A stretch of 64,000 bases of DNA from Thermoanaerobaculia bacterium (GCA_963816185.1 CAWFJJ010000001.1:512001-576000); one strand, 5' to 3'; counted from the stretch's first letter, positions 19,337 through 29,691 are shown. Notes: a model not told the origin generated them from the letters alone. A program made the numbers and translations.

Positions 19337-20249
19337 GTGAAACACCTCTCGCACGGGGCTTTCGCCGCCGCTGCCCTCGCCGTACTCACGGCGGGGGCCG
19401 CGGTGGCCCAGGCTCCAGCCAGTCCGGCTCCCGCGAAGGTGGAGGCCGGCCCCGCGTGCGCCGACTGCCACGACGAGGCCAAGTTCTTCGCGGGTAATCC
19501 TCACGAGCGCGGCTACCGCGCCGCCCACGGCGGCGAGGCCGGCAACGCGGTCTGCGCGACCTGTCACGGCGACGGGACGAAGCACATGGAGGCCGAGGGC
19601 GACAAGACCCTCATCAAGGGCCTTCGGGGCCGTTCCGGCGCCGCTCAGTGCCTGACCTGCCACAAGCAGTCCGCGGAGCGCTCGTCCTTCAAGACGGGCG
19701 TTCACGCGTCGTCCGAGGCGGTCAACTGCCTCTCCTGCCATTCCATCCACAAGTCCGACCCGAAGCAGGCCGAGCCTGCTCGTGTCCGAGCCGACGAAGG
19801 TGTGCGCGACCTGCCACCAGGACGCGGCCTCGTCCTTCCGGACCTTCCCCTACGCGCACAGGCTGAAAGGGGGCGCTCTTTCGTGCGTGTCCTGCCACGA
19901 CCCGCACGGCCGCTCGGCCAACCACGCGACGAGGGAGACGAGGGCCGGCGAGCCCGGCTGCGTCTCGTGCCACGCGGAGGTGCGCGGTCCGTTCGTCTTC
20001 ACGCACGTCAACGGCGTCGCCGGCGACTGCACGAGCTGCCACGTTCCACATGGCTCCTCGTATCCCCACCAGCTGCAGCGGGCGACGATCGCCGCGCAGT
20101 GTCTCGAGTGTCATTCGACGCTCTCGACGGGGACCCTGGGCTCGCAGCCGCCTTCTTTCCACAACATCTCGCTGCCGCGCTATCAGAACTGCACGACCTG
20201 CCACGTCGCCGTGCACGGTTCCCAGCGCTCGCCGCAGCTTTTGAAGTAA
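19337..20249 (+). CDS. mtrA: DmsE/MtrA family periplasmic decaheme cytochrome c (apparent +1 frameshift at ~19770)
   Basis: Signal peptide; 4 CxxCH in the first frame and 6 in the next frame; RGPFVFTH, CHVPHGS, CHVAVHGS. Confidence 0.88.
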
Positions 20250-20259
20250 GGACAGGCCG

Positions 20260-22210
20260 ATGCGAATCTTCCGCTCCGCCTTCCAAAGCGCCGCGCTCGC
20301 CTCGGTTCTTGTCTCCTGTCTCGTTTCGGCCGGCGTCGCCCGTGCCCAGGCGATTCCGTTCGACATCGAGGTCGGCTACCGCTTTCTCGACGTCACCGGC
20401 AACGAGCAAGCCTACCGCTCGCAGATCAACGAGCGCGAAGGCTTTCTCGTCCGCGGCGTCCATCTCGGCACCGACGGCAAGTCGGACGGCTTTCCGGTCC
20501 TCGACCACCTCAGGATCGACGGCTCCGACCTCGGGGCCGGCCCTGCCGGCTCCCTGTTGCTCGACGCGGGCCTCACGGGCGCGTACCGCCTGCGGGTCTC
20601 GTACCGCCACCTCGACCAGTTCAGCGCGCTCGCCGGCTTCGCGAACCCCCTCGGCGCGTCGATCGGACAGCAGACGTGGGACCGCACGCGCAACATGGTC
20701 GACGTCAACCTCGAGGTCCTGCCGGGCGCAGTCGTCACGCCTCTCTTCGGATACACCTCCAACTCTCTCACCGGGCCCGGCTCTACGACGGCGTTCGTGG
20801 GCCAGGACGAGTTCCGGCTCGGCCAGGACCTCACGGTCCACGACCAGGAGGTCCGCGCGGGATTGGGCTTCCATGCCGGAGCTTTCTCGGGCGAGTTCCT
20901 CCAGGGCTGGCGCCGCTACCACGAGATCGAGAAGGACAGCCTCCTTCCGGGCGCGGGCGCGGGCAACAACCCGGGTCCGGTTCTCGGCAACAACCTGAAC
21001 CTCTCGTCCCTCACGCGCTCGAGCGTGACGGACGTGAATACGCCGACGTCGTCGTTCTTCCTGCGCGGCTTCGCCACCGACGCCGTCCAGCTCGTCGCCT
21101 TCTACGTGCGCGCGAACGCGGACGCGGACAGCAACGATCAGGAGAGCCTCAACGGCTCGCTCGTGTCGTTTCCGCTGGCGAGGTTCTTCGCCGGCCTGAC
21201 CGACTCCTCTTCGTCCCGCGTCCAGAACACGATGTGGCGCGCGGGCGGTCGCCTCGAGTGGCACGTTCTCGAAGGCGTCGACGTGACGGGCGGCTACGTT
21301 CACCGTCATGCGACGTGGGACGGGCAGGACCTCGTGAGCAGCCTGTTCACGGGGACCTCGAGCTTCACCGGCATCACGCTCGCGGACCTCCAGACTCTCC
21401 TCAACGCCCAGACCTCCGTCGACCGCACGGAGGACGTATACGACGTTCAGGTCGCCGCCAAGGGGTTCGGGCCTTTCGGCGTCCGTGCCGGATACTCGCG
21501 CATCGAGCAGGACCTCATCGTCACCGAGGATCCGTCCGAGATTCTCGTCCCAGGCGGCCAGGGCGGAGAGTTCACGCGCAACATCAATCGCGTCGAGGGC
21601 GCTCTCACCTATGGAACGGGGCCCTTCTTCGCGGCCGCCGAAGCGTCGTGGGACGATGCGAACAAGTCGGTTCTCCGCACCGACTACCTCACCCGTAATC
21701 GCGAGCGCGCCCGGGTCACCTGGAAAGGGTTTCCGTGGCTCACGGTCGGCGCGACCGGGCTCTGGGTCGATCAGAAGAACGACACGTTCGGCATCAACTC
21801 CAAGGGCAGCTCCCGCCAGTACACGGGCGATCTCACGCTCATGCCGGTCAAGGTGCTCCGGCTCCACGGCGCCTACAGCAAGCTCAAGGCCGACAGCACG
21901 ATTCCGATCCGGGCCCCGCAGGACTTCACGGTGCTCGACTCCGTGAACACGGAAGACGGCCAGATGTGGGAGGCGGGCCTGGGTCTCAAGCTCGACAAGG
22001 TCGCGATCGATGGCTTCTGGTCTCGCTTCGCGAACGAGGGCTCGTACGCTTACCGGCTCTATCGGGGAGGCGCGCGCGTCGACCTCGACGCCACGGCGAA
22101 CCTCGGGACTCGTCGGCGAGTGGTCGGTCGACCGGTACCTCGACTATCAGATCTCGACGTCCAGCTTCCGCGCCAACCGCTACGGCGTCTACCTGAAGTG
22201 GCGCCCGTGA
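20260..22210 (+). CDS. mtrB: MtrB/PioB-like outer membrane beta-barrel (apparent +1 frameshift at ~22105)
   Basis: Signal peptide, GYRF..V.GN...YR N-terminus, amphipathic beta strands; C-terminus YGVYLKWRP lies in the shifted frame; follows mtrA. Confidence 0.8.
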
Positions 22211-22243
22211 ACGCTTCGCCAGGAGAGAGAAAGGATCGATGAC

Positions 22244-22573
22244 ATGAAGAAAGTCCGCCTCGGAGTCGTCTCCCTCGCCTCGGCGGTCGTGCTCGTTACC
22301 GGTTCGGCCCTCGCCACCATGGACCTTCAGAAGCAGTTCGGCACGACATATCCCGACGCCCCCAAGGCGAAGTGCAGCACATGCCACACGAAGCCGATGC
22401 CCAAGAAGGGAGACGCGGACGTCAATGCCTATGGAAAGGATATGACGGCGACGAAGAAGGCCGGCAAGTACGACTTCGCCAAGATCGAGAAGCTCGACAG
22501 CGACAAGGACGGCGTCTCGAACCTCGACGAGATCAAGAAGGGGACGAACCCCGGCGATCCCGCGTCCAAGTAG
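22244..22573 (+). CDS. Small exported monoheme cytochrome c with a thrombospondin type-3-like acidic motif
   Basis: Signal peptide, CSTCH, DSDKDGVSNLDEIKKGTNPGDP. Confidence 0.8.
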   Translation: MKKVRLGVVSLASAVVLVTGSALATMDLQKQFGTTYPDAPKAKCSTCHTKPMPKKGDADVNAYGKDMTATKKAGKYDFAKIEKLDSDKDGVSNLDEIKKGTNPGDPASK

Positions 22574-22582
22574 GGAAGAGGG

Positions 22583-23830
22583 ATGAGGCTCGGGGGCGTT
22601 TTCGCCGCGCTTCTGTTCACGGCCGCCCCCCTCGATGCAGCGACCCAGGCCCCGAAGCCTCCAACCAACGACGACTGCCTCGCCTGCCACGAAGACCCGT
22701 CCGCCAAACGCGCGAGCGGGTCTTCTATTTTCGTCGACAAGGCGGCGTTTTCAGCCTCCGTGCACGGCGCCGCCGGCGCGGCGTGCGTCGACTGTCACCA
22801 GGACCTCGCGAAGACGACCGACTTTCCGCATCCCGAGGCGCTTGCCCCGGTCGACTGTTCGCCTTGTCACGCGTCCGAGGTCGCCGACTACCAGAAGAGC
22901 GTTCATGCGAAAGAACGCGGAAAGTCGAAGGCCAGCAAAGCGGCGACGTGCACGGACTGCCACGGAATCCACGACATCCGGCCCTCATCGGATCCGGAAT
23001 CACGGACGAATCACTTCAACCTCCCCACGACATGTCTGAAATGCCACGGAAACCTCGCGGTCGTCGCGAGCGCGGGGGGGCCTCCCCTGAACCAGCCGGC
23101 TCTCTTCCACGACAGCATCCACGGCAGGGCGCTGGAAAAGAGCGGGCTGAAGATCGCGCCCAACTGCGCGACCTGTCACGAGGCGCACGCGATTCGCGAT
23201 CCGAGGAAGGATCCCGAGAGCCTCGTGTTCCGGACGCGCGTCCCCGCGACGTGCGGAACCTGCCACGAGAAGATTCTCGCGGAATACAGCGACTCGATTC
23301 ACGGGACCCAGCTCGCCAAGGGAAATCCCAAGGTGCCCGTGTGCTCCGACTGCCACACGGCGCATGCCATTACGGACTCGACGGATGCGCGGCGCCTCTC
23401 GATTCTCCACCAGTGCGGGGGCTGCCACGAATCCTCTCTCGCCACCTACCGCGACACGTATCACGGCCAGGTGAGCGCGATGGGCTTTTCGCGCATCGCG
23501 ACGTGCGCCGACTGCCACACCGCGCACGAGATCCATCCCGCCGGCGACCCACGCTCCTCGGTGGGCCCCGCGAATCGCCTGAAAACGTGCCAGAAATGTC
23601 ACGCCGGAGCGACGGCGAACTTCTCCCGCTACGACCCGCACGCGAACACGCACGACAAGGGGCGGAGCCGCTTGCTCTGGGCGACGGCCCTTTTCATGAG
23701 GATCCTCCTTGCCGGCGTCTTCGCGTTCTTCGGGATTCACACGGTTCTGTGGTTCCCCCGGTCGGTCAAGGCGCGCCTGGGCGCGCGGCGGAACGGCCGC
23801 GGGCCGGCCGACGGTCCGGGAGAAGAGTGA
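22583..23830 (+). CDS. Membrane-anchored multiheme cytochrome c (11 CxxCH), resembles the CbcL c-type domain
   Basis: Signal peptide, 11 CxxCH, repeated S(I/V)HG, one C-terminal TM helix containing His. Confidence 0.88.
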   Translation: MRLGGVFAALLFTAAPLDAATQAPKPPTNDDCLACHEDPSAKRASGSSIFVDKAAFSASVHGAAGAACVDCHQDLAKTTDFPHPEALAPVDCSPCHASEVADYQKSVHAKERGKSKASKAATCTDCHGIHDIRPSSDPESRTNHFNLPTTCLKCHGNLAVVASAGGPPLNQPALFHDSIHGRALEKSGLKIAPNCATCHEAHAIRDPRKDPESLVFRTRVPATCGTCHEKILAEYSDSIHGTQLAKGNPKVPVCSDCHTAHAITDSTDARRLSILHQCGGCHESSLATYRDTYHGQVSAMGFSRIATCADCHTAHEIHPAGDPRSSVGPANRLKTCQKCHAGATANFSRYDPHANTHDKGRSRLLWATALFMRILLAGVFAFFGIHTVLWFPRSVKARLGARRNGRGPADGPGEE

Positions 23831-24669
23831 TGGACGAGAACGTCCCCGCGCCGGCCGCCCCGATCTGGATCCGGCGCTTCGACCGGTTCGACCGTTCGCT
23901 CCACATCCTTCTCATGGCGAGCTTTCTCGGGCTCTCGCTCACGGGCGTTCCCCTTCTGTTCTCGGAGAGGCCGTGGGCGGCGTCTCTCTCGCGCCTGTTC
24001 GGCGGATTCCGGTCGGCCGCGACGCTCCACCGCGTCTTCGCGACCGGAATGCTCGTGTGCTTCGGGAGCCATCTCGCACGCCTCGCCAAGAGGCTCTTCG
24101 GCGACAAGGAGTACAGCATCCTGTGGGGGCCGTCCTCTCTCGTGCCTCAGCCGCGCGACCTCAAGGACCTGGTGGGGCACGTGCGCTGGTTTCTCGGGCG
24201 AGGCGAGCGTCCGCGCTTCGAGCGCTTCACGTACTGGGAGAAATTCGACTACTGGGCCGTGTTCTGGGGGATGGGGATCATCGGAGGATCCGGGCTGATT
24301 CTCTGGGCGCCGAAGCTCTGGGCGCGGTTCCTCCCGGGGAGTCTCTTCAACGTCGCCCTCCTCGTGCACGGCGAGGAGGCGCTTCTCGCGGTCGTTTTCA
24401 TCTTCACGATCCACTTCTTCAACGGCCACCTGAGACCCGAGAAGTTCCCGATGGACACCGTCATCTTCACGGGCGTCCTTCCGCTCGAAGAGCTCGAGCA
24501 GGAGCGGCCCGCCGAGTACGAGCGCCTCGTGGCGGAAGGCGGCGTCGAGCGCCTCGCGTCCCCCGCGCCGACGGCCGACCGCATCCGGAAGAGCCGGATC
24601 GTCGGAACGGTCGCGGTTTCGCTGGGCCTTCTCCTCGTTGCCTTTACACTCGTCGCTCTCCTGAGCTGA
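23830..24669 (+). CDS. Cytochrome b (FdnI/HydC-like) membrane subunit, resembles the CbcL b-type domain
   Basis: ATG overlaps upstream TGA; TM His residues (SLHI, LHRV, VHGEEA, IHFFN); FTYWEKFDYWAVFWG. Confidence 0.87.
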   Translation: MDENVPAPAAPIWIRRFDRFDRSLHILLMASFLGLSLTGVPLLFSERPWAASLSRLFGGFRSAATLHRVFATGMLVCFGSHLARLAKRLFGDKEYSILWGPSSLVPQPRDLKDLVGHVRWFLGRGERPRFERFTYWEKFDYWAVFWGMGIIGGSGLILWAPKLWARFLPGSLFNVALLVHGEEALLAVVFIFTIHFFNGHLRPEKFPMDTVIFTGVLPLEELEQERPAEYERLVAEGGVERLASPAPTADRIRKSRIVGTVAVSLGLLLVAFTLVALLS

Positions 24670-24691
24670 AACCGCGTCGAGGAGGAGTCAT

Positions 24692-26147
24692 ATGAGCGCA
24701 CGGACGGGCGGCCGTCTGGCCGGATGGCTGAGGCCGATCTTCTACCTGGGGCGGAACAGGGTCTCCCAGATCGGCGTGGCGCTCACGACGAGCGCGGCCG
24801 TCACGCTGATCGGATTCTGGCTCTTCGAGGTCACGAACACGCAAGCCCGTTCACCCGTACTCGGGCATCGTCTTCATTCTCGTTCTCCCGTTCTTCTTCC
24901 TCCTGGGCCTTCTTCTGATCCCGGTCGGGATTCTCTTCGAACGCCGCCGGCTCCGCCGGGAAGGGACTCTTCCCACGGATTACCCGAAAGTGGACCTGGC
25001 CGACGCGAGCCTCCGGCACGCCGCGATCCTCATCGCCGGCCTGACGGTGGCGAACATCCTGATCCTGAGCCTTTCGGCCTACGTCGGCGTCGAGTACATG
25101 GACTCCGCGCGGTTCTGCGGCCTTACGTGCCACACCGTCATGGCGCCGGAGTACACGGCGTACCTGGATTCGCCCCACTCGCGCATCGCCTGCGCGAGCT
25201 GCCACATAGGCCCGGGGGCTCCCTGGGTCGTCAAGGCGAAAGTGGACGGCGTCAGGCAGGTCATCGCGGTCGCGTTCGGGACGTACTCGCGCCCGATTCC
25301 GTCCCCCGTCCATACCCTGCGTCCTGCAAGGGCCACGTGCGAGCAGTGCCACTGGCCGCAGAAATTCCAGGGCGACAAGCTCAAGATCATCTCGAAATTC
25401 GGCGACGACGAGAAGAACACGCCGTCGAAGACCGTCCTGCTCCTCAAGCTGGGCGGACGCATGGGATCCCGGGCCACGGGGATCCACGGGCGCCACCTCG
25501 ACGACAAGGAGCGCATCTCGTACCTCACGACGGACGGCCGGCGCGAGGTCATCCCGAGCGTCACGTACCTCGACGACGACGGGAAATCGGTCGTCTTCAC
25601 GTCGACCGAGGTGAAGGAAACGCCCGAGGATGCGCGCAAAGGCGAGCGCCGGACGATGGACTGCATCGACTGCCACAACCGGCCCACGCACGCGTTCCAG
25701 CTTCCCGAGCGCGCCGTGAACGAGGCCATGGCGGCGGACCGCATCAGCCCCGAGCTGCCGTTCATCCACAAGAAATCGATCGAGCTCCTCAAGGTCACGT
25801 ATCCGACACGCGAGGCCGCGTTCGAGAGCATCGAGAAGGAGCTCACCGATTTCTACAGGAGCAAGTACCCGGACGTCTACCAGACCCGGCGCGCCTCCGT
25901 CGAGACCGCGGTTCGCGAGGTGCAGCGGATTTACGGGCGCAACGTGTGGCCCGACATGAAGATCACGTGGGGAACGCACCCGAACCACATCGGGCACGAG
26001 GACTTCCTCGGCTGCTTCCGCTGCCACGACGGCAACCACAAGGCGCCGGACGGGCGTGTCATCTCGGCCGAGTGCGATGCCTGCCATTCCCTGCTCGCGC
26101 AGGACGAGGAGAACCCGAAAGTGCTCGCGGAGCTCGGGATCCAGTAA
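24692..26147 (+). CDS. NapC/NirT family membrane multiheme cytochrome, ImcH-like (apparent +1 frameshift at ~24850)
   Basis: Three N-terminal TM helices spanning the shift; FCGLTCH (CX3CH) plus 5 CxxCH; LRPARATCEQCHWP, MDCIDCHNRPTH, GCFRCHDG. Confidence 0.85.
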
Positions 26148-26158
26148 TCGCCCCGCTT

Positions 26159-26174
26159 TGAAACAGGTGCATCA
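26159..26174. promoter_or_regulatory. Palindromic operator candidate TGAAACAGGTGCATCA
   Basis: Reverse complement of 26154-26175 matches 16999-17020 at 18 of 22 positions. Confidence 0.6.
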
Positions 26175-26212
26175 TGGGAGAGGGCGGGCCGAGCCGCCAC
26201 CCTGTGGGGGTC

Positions 26213-27151
26213 GTGGATCTGTCGACCCCCTACCTGGGCCTCAAGCTGGCTCATCCGCTCGTACCGGGAGCGTCGCCGCTCTCCTATGAGCTGGATTCGG
26301 TCCTCCGTCTCGAGGACGCCGGTGCACCCGCGATCGTGCTGCACTCGCTCTTCGAGGAGCAGATCTCGGCCGATCCCCTTCGCACGGCGCGGTCGCCTTC
26401 GGACCCCGTCGGCTACCTCGAGCATCTGAACCGGGTCAAGGAGTCCGTCCACGTTCCGGTCATCGCGTCGCTCAACGGCACGACCGACGAGGGCTGGACC
26501 TCGTTCGCGAGCCTCATCGAGCAGGCGGGAGCCGACGCCCTCGAGCTGAACCTCTATCACCTCTCGACGAACCTCTGGACGAGCGGGGCGACGCTCGAGG
26601 CCTACACGCTCGACACGGTTCGGACCGTGCGCTCGCTCGTCTCGATCCCGGTCGCCGTGAAAATCTTCCCGTACTTCTCGTCGATCGCCTCGCTCGCCCG
26701 GCAGCTCGAGGAGATCGGGGTGAACGGTCTCGTCCTCTTCAACCGGAGCTACCAGCCCGACATCGACCTCGAGAACCTGGAAGTGAAGCCGGACCTGCGC
26801 CTCTCGACCTCGACGGATCTGCTCTCACGCCTCTACTGGATCGCGATGCTCTCCGGCCGCGTGGACCTTTCGCTCGCCGTGACGGGAGGCGTCCACACGG
26901 GAGCCGACGCGCTGAAGGCGATTCTCGCGGGAGCGGACGCCGTTCAGATGGTTTCGGCCCTTCTCCAGAACGGCCCCCGCCACCTGAAGACCGTGCGCGT
27001 GGAGATGGAGGAGTGGCTCGACTGTCATGGCCATTCCTCGCTCGAGGAGCTTCGGGGCTGCATGAGCCTCGAGCGGCGGGAGGACGGCCGCGCGTTCGCC
27101 CGCGCCGGGCTGCTGCAGGTCCTCCAGCGGGGAATCAGCCCGCCCTCCTAG
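26213..27151 (+). CDS. Dihydroorotate dehydrogenase-like FMN protein
   Basis: DLSTPYLGL, SLFEEQI, PVIASLNG, ADALELN, PVAVK, FNR.YQPDID, GGVH; start could be 26174. Confidence 0.85.
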   Translation: MDLSTPYLGLKLAHPLVPGASPLSYELDSVLRLEDAGAPAIVLHSLFEEQISADPLRTARSPSDPVGYLEHLNRVKESVHVPVIASLNGTTDEGWTSFASLIEQAGADALELNLYHLSTNLWTSGATLEAYTLDTVRTVRSLVSIPVAVKIFPYFSSIASLARQLEEIGVNGLVLFNRSYQPDIDLENLEVKPDLRLSTSTDLLSRLYWIAMLSGRVDLSLAVTGGVHTGADALKAILAGADAVQMVSALLQNGPRHLKTVRVEMEEWLDCHGHSSLEELRGCMSLERREDGRAFARAGLLQVLQRGISPPS

Positions 27152-27173
27152 GAGGGGCCGGATGGGCGGCGCG

Positions 27174-27839
27174 TCAGATCCAGCCGCGCCGGAACGCGAG
27201 CGCCACGGCCTCGACCTGGCTGTGAACCTCGAGCTTGCGGAGGACGTTCTGGATGTGGTTTCGCACCGTCGCGTGCGACAGGTTCAGCTTCGCCGCGATG
27301 TTGAGCGCCGCGTAGCCGTTCGACAGCAGCATGACGATCTCCCGCTCACGCCCGCTGAGAGGGGAGACGGAGATCGGAGGATCGACGGGAGGGAGGCCTG
27401 CCGGCTCGCGCACGGCCGACCGCAGCGATGAAACCAGACTGTCGAGCTCGGGTCCCTCCGTCTCGAGAAAGTGCATGAGCACCGCGAACGCCGGGCCCCC
27501 GGCGGGCAGCGGGACGGCCCGGACGATGAGCTTGAGGGCCGCAGGAGACCCTTTCCTCCGGACGTCGAGGAGAAAAGGCCGAACGTCGTCCCCGGCCATC
27601 GCCGAGACGACGACTGGGCACTCCCGCGCGCAATAGAGGTTTCCGAAGACATCCCGCCCCGCGAGGACGTCGTAGCACATCTTTCCGAGCACTTCCTCGG
27701 AAGTCCAGCCGAGCGCCTTCTCCGCGCCTTCGTTCCAGAACACGATGCGGTCGTGGCGATCCATTCCGTACGCCGGGGCCTTCGACTCGGCGATCAGCTC
27801 GAGCGCGTCTCGGACGGGCAGGGTGATCGGGGAGGGCAT
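27174..27839 (-). CDS. PAS domain plus LuxR-type HTH transcriptional regulator
   Basis: IVFWNEGAEKALGW (PAS); LSGREREIV...IAAKLNLSHATVRNHIQNVLRKL (LuxR HTH). Confidence 0.92.
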   Translation of the reverse strand: MPSPITLPVRDALELIAESKAPAYGMDRHDRIVFWNEGAEKALGWTSEEVLGKMCYDVLAGRDVFGNLYCARECPVVVSAMAGDDVRPFLLDVRRKGSPAALKLIVRAVPLPAGGPAFAVLMHFLETEGPELDSLVSSLRSAVREPAGLPPVDPPISVSPLSGREREIVMLLSNGYAALNIAAKLNLSHATVRNHIQNVLRKLEVHSQVEAVALAFRRGWI

Positions 27840-27871
27840 GGGAGCCGTATTCTGGCAGAAAGAAGAGCGTT

Positions 27872-29691
27872 TCAGGAACCCGCCTCCCGGGCGGGATCGA
27901 ATCGTTCGAAGAGGCGAGCGAGCACGAGAATTCCGGCGGCACTTTCGGCGAGAACCAGGAAGGCTGCGGGGACGGCGGCCAGAGGCAGGCACCAGAGTCC
28001 GAGGGGCCTGAAGGTGAAGAAGATCAGGATCCCGGCGGGGAGCGCCGCCGGGATCAGCGCGAGGCCGAGGACGAGCGACGTGCCGAGGAAGGAAAGCATC
28101 GTAAGGCCCGTCTGCTCGAGACCCACGGCGCGCCTCCTGCCCGCGGGGAACCAGGCCGGAAAGGCCAGAACGGCCGCGTTCTGGACGACGAGCGCCGCGA
28201 CGACAAAGGCAGGCAGGAAGACGGCGATGGCCAGGCCGACGGGCGCGAAGGCTTCGAACCGCAGAAAAGGGGCCGAGACCGGCGGCGGCGAGACGGGCGC
28301 TCCCAGCAAGGCGGCTCGCACGGGGCGCCCCGCCGCGATCGCGAAGGCGATCGCGATTCCCCCCCAGCCGTAAAGCATGGCGACGGCCGCCGGCGCCCCG
28401 AGCTCGGCCAGGACGACGCGCTCGGCCGGGAGAGGCCATGTCTTGAGAAGCGTGGCGTATTCGAGGTCCCCGCGCAGGTCGATCCGGACGCCGAGCGGCG
28501 TGAAGAGCGCGAGGAGCGCGGTCAGAACGAGACATCCGGCGCTTCCGAATGCGGCCGCGAGGTCGCCCGAAGGCGTCCCGAGCAGGGCGGACGCCGAAAA
28601 GAGAGCGGCCGCGAGGGTGGCCACGATTGCAGCCTGCCGGCGAAGGCTCGTGCGATTCCAGGCGAGAAAGTTCTTCCACACGATCGCGAGCTCGGGCCGG
28701 CCGTGAGGTGCAAGGGCGAACGGCACGGTCCCGCGGTGCTTCTCGGACGGAAGGGCTTCGAGGCGGCCCGCTTGGCGGCGGGCCCGAAGAGCCGCACGCC
28801 GCGCGGCCTGGGAGAGCGTGGCTTCCTCGAAACGGACGGCCGTGAGGGCGACGCACGCGTAGAGGACGCCCACGAGGCCGACGAGCGGGCGGCAGCGCGA
28901 GGGCGAATGCCCGGGCGGTCGGAGCCAGGAGCGGGGCGAGGATCCAGCGGAACGGGGCGAGGAGCGCGAGCGGCGCCGGACCGAAGGGGCCGGAGCGGAG
29001 CGCCGTGACAAGTCCGCCGAGCGAGAACGTCTCTTTGAGCGGGCCCGACGCGACGAAAAGCCCCTTCCGAAGGTCACGACGAGCATTCCCAGGCCGCTCG
29101 CCGAAACGGCGAAGGCGGCGATTTTCGTAACCCTTCGGGAGGCCGGCGGGAGTTCGTTCCAGCGCGCCTTCGTGAAGGCGAGCACGAGATTGTGGAAGTG
29201 GACCGCCGTCAGGAGCAGCCAGAGCCCGGCGCCGGTGAGAATCCCGGCGCCGCCTCCGCGCCGAGAGGACACGATCGTGAGGATGAACGCGCTCAGCAGG
29301 ACGCGGAAGCTGCGCCTTCAGGAGGGCGTAATGGAGGAGGATGCGCCGCGAAACGGGAGCCGGAAACAGAAACTGGATTTCGGCCTCCGACAGCCCGAGC
29401 GACGGCTGGCCTTTCCGGAAGATCCAGGTCAGGAAGAGCTGCGGCGGCGAGCGCGGCCGCGCCGGCGACGAGGAGGATCTCGTCCATGTGTCCCGGAAGG
29501 TGCGGCGGAGCCGTCGCCCTGCCCGCGCGGGAAGGCCTCATGAAGATCATCGCGAAGTACGCGGCGCCGACGAGGAAACCGATCATGTACCGCGGCTCGC
29601 GCAGGCGGCCGAGCTTTCTTCGCGCGGCATTCCTCAGCATCCTTTTCGCGGCAAAGAAAGCGAGCGGGAGGGGCGAGGGCTGGGCGCTCAC
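27872..29691 (-). pseudogene. Putative ABC exporter membrane subunit with at least 4 frameshifts (real or sequencing error)
   Basis: Hydrophobic segments continue across frames (shifts at ~29443, ~29305, ~29060, ~28890); EAEIQFLFPAPV, WKNF, DLRGDL..LKTWP; coupled to the ABC ATPase. Confidence 0.7.

Noticed and set aside
22372-23829. 5' extension of the cytochrome b ORF, and similar extensions on hemY, hemH, hemA, hemC, hemL, thrB and thrC
   Set aside because: These are out-of-frame overlaps with the upstream gene; true starts lie at stop/start overlaps.
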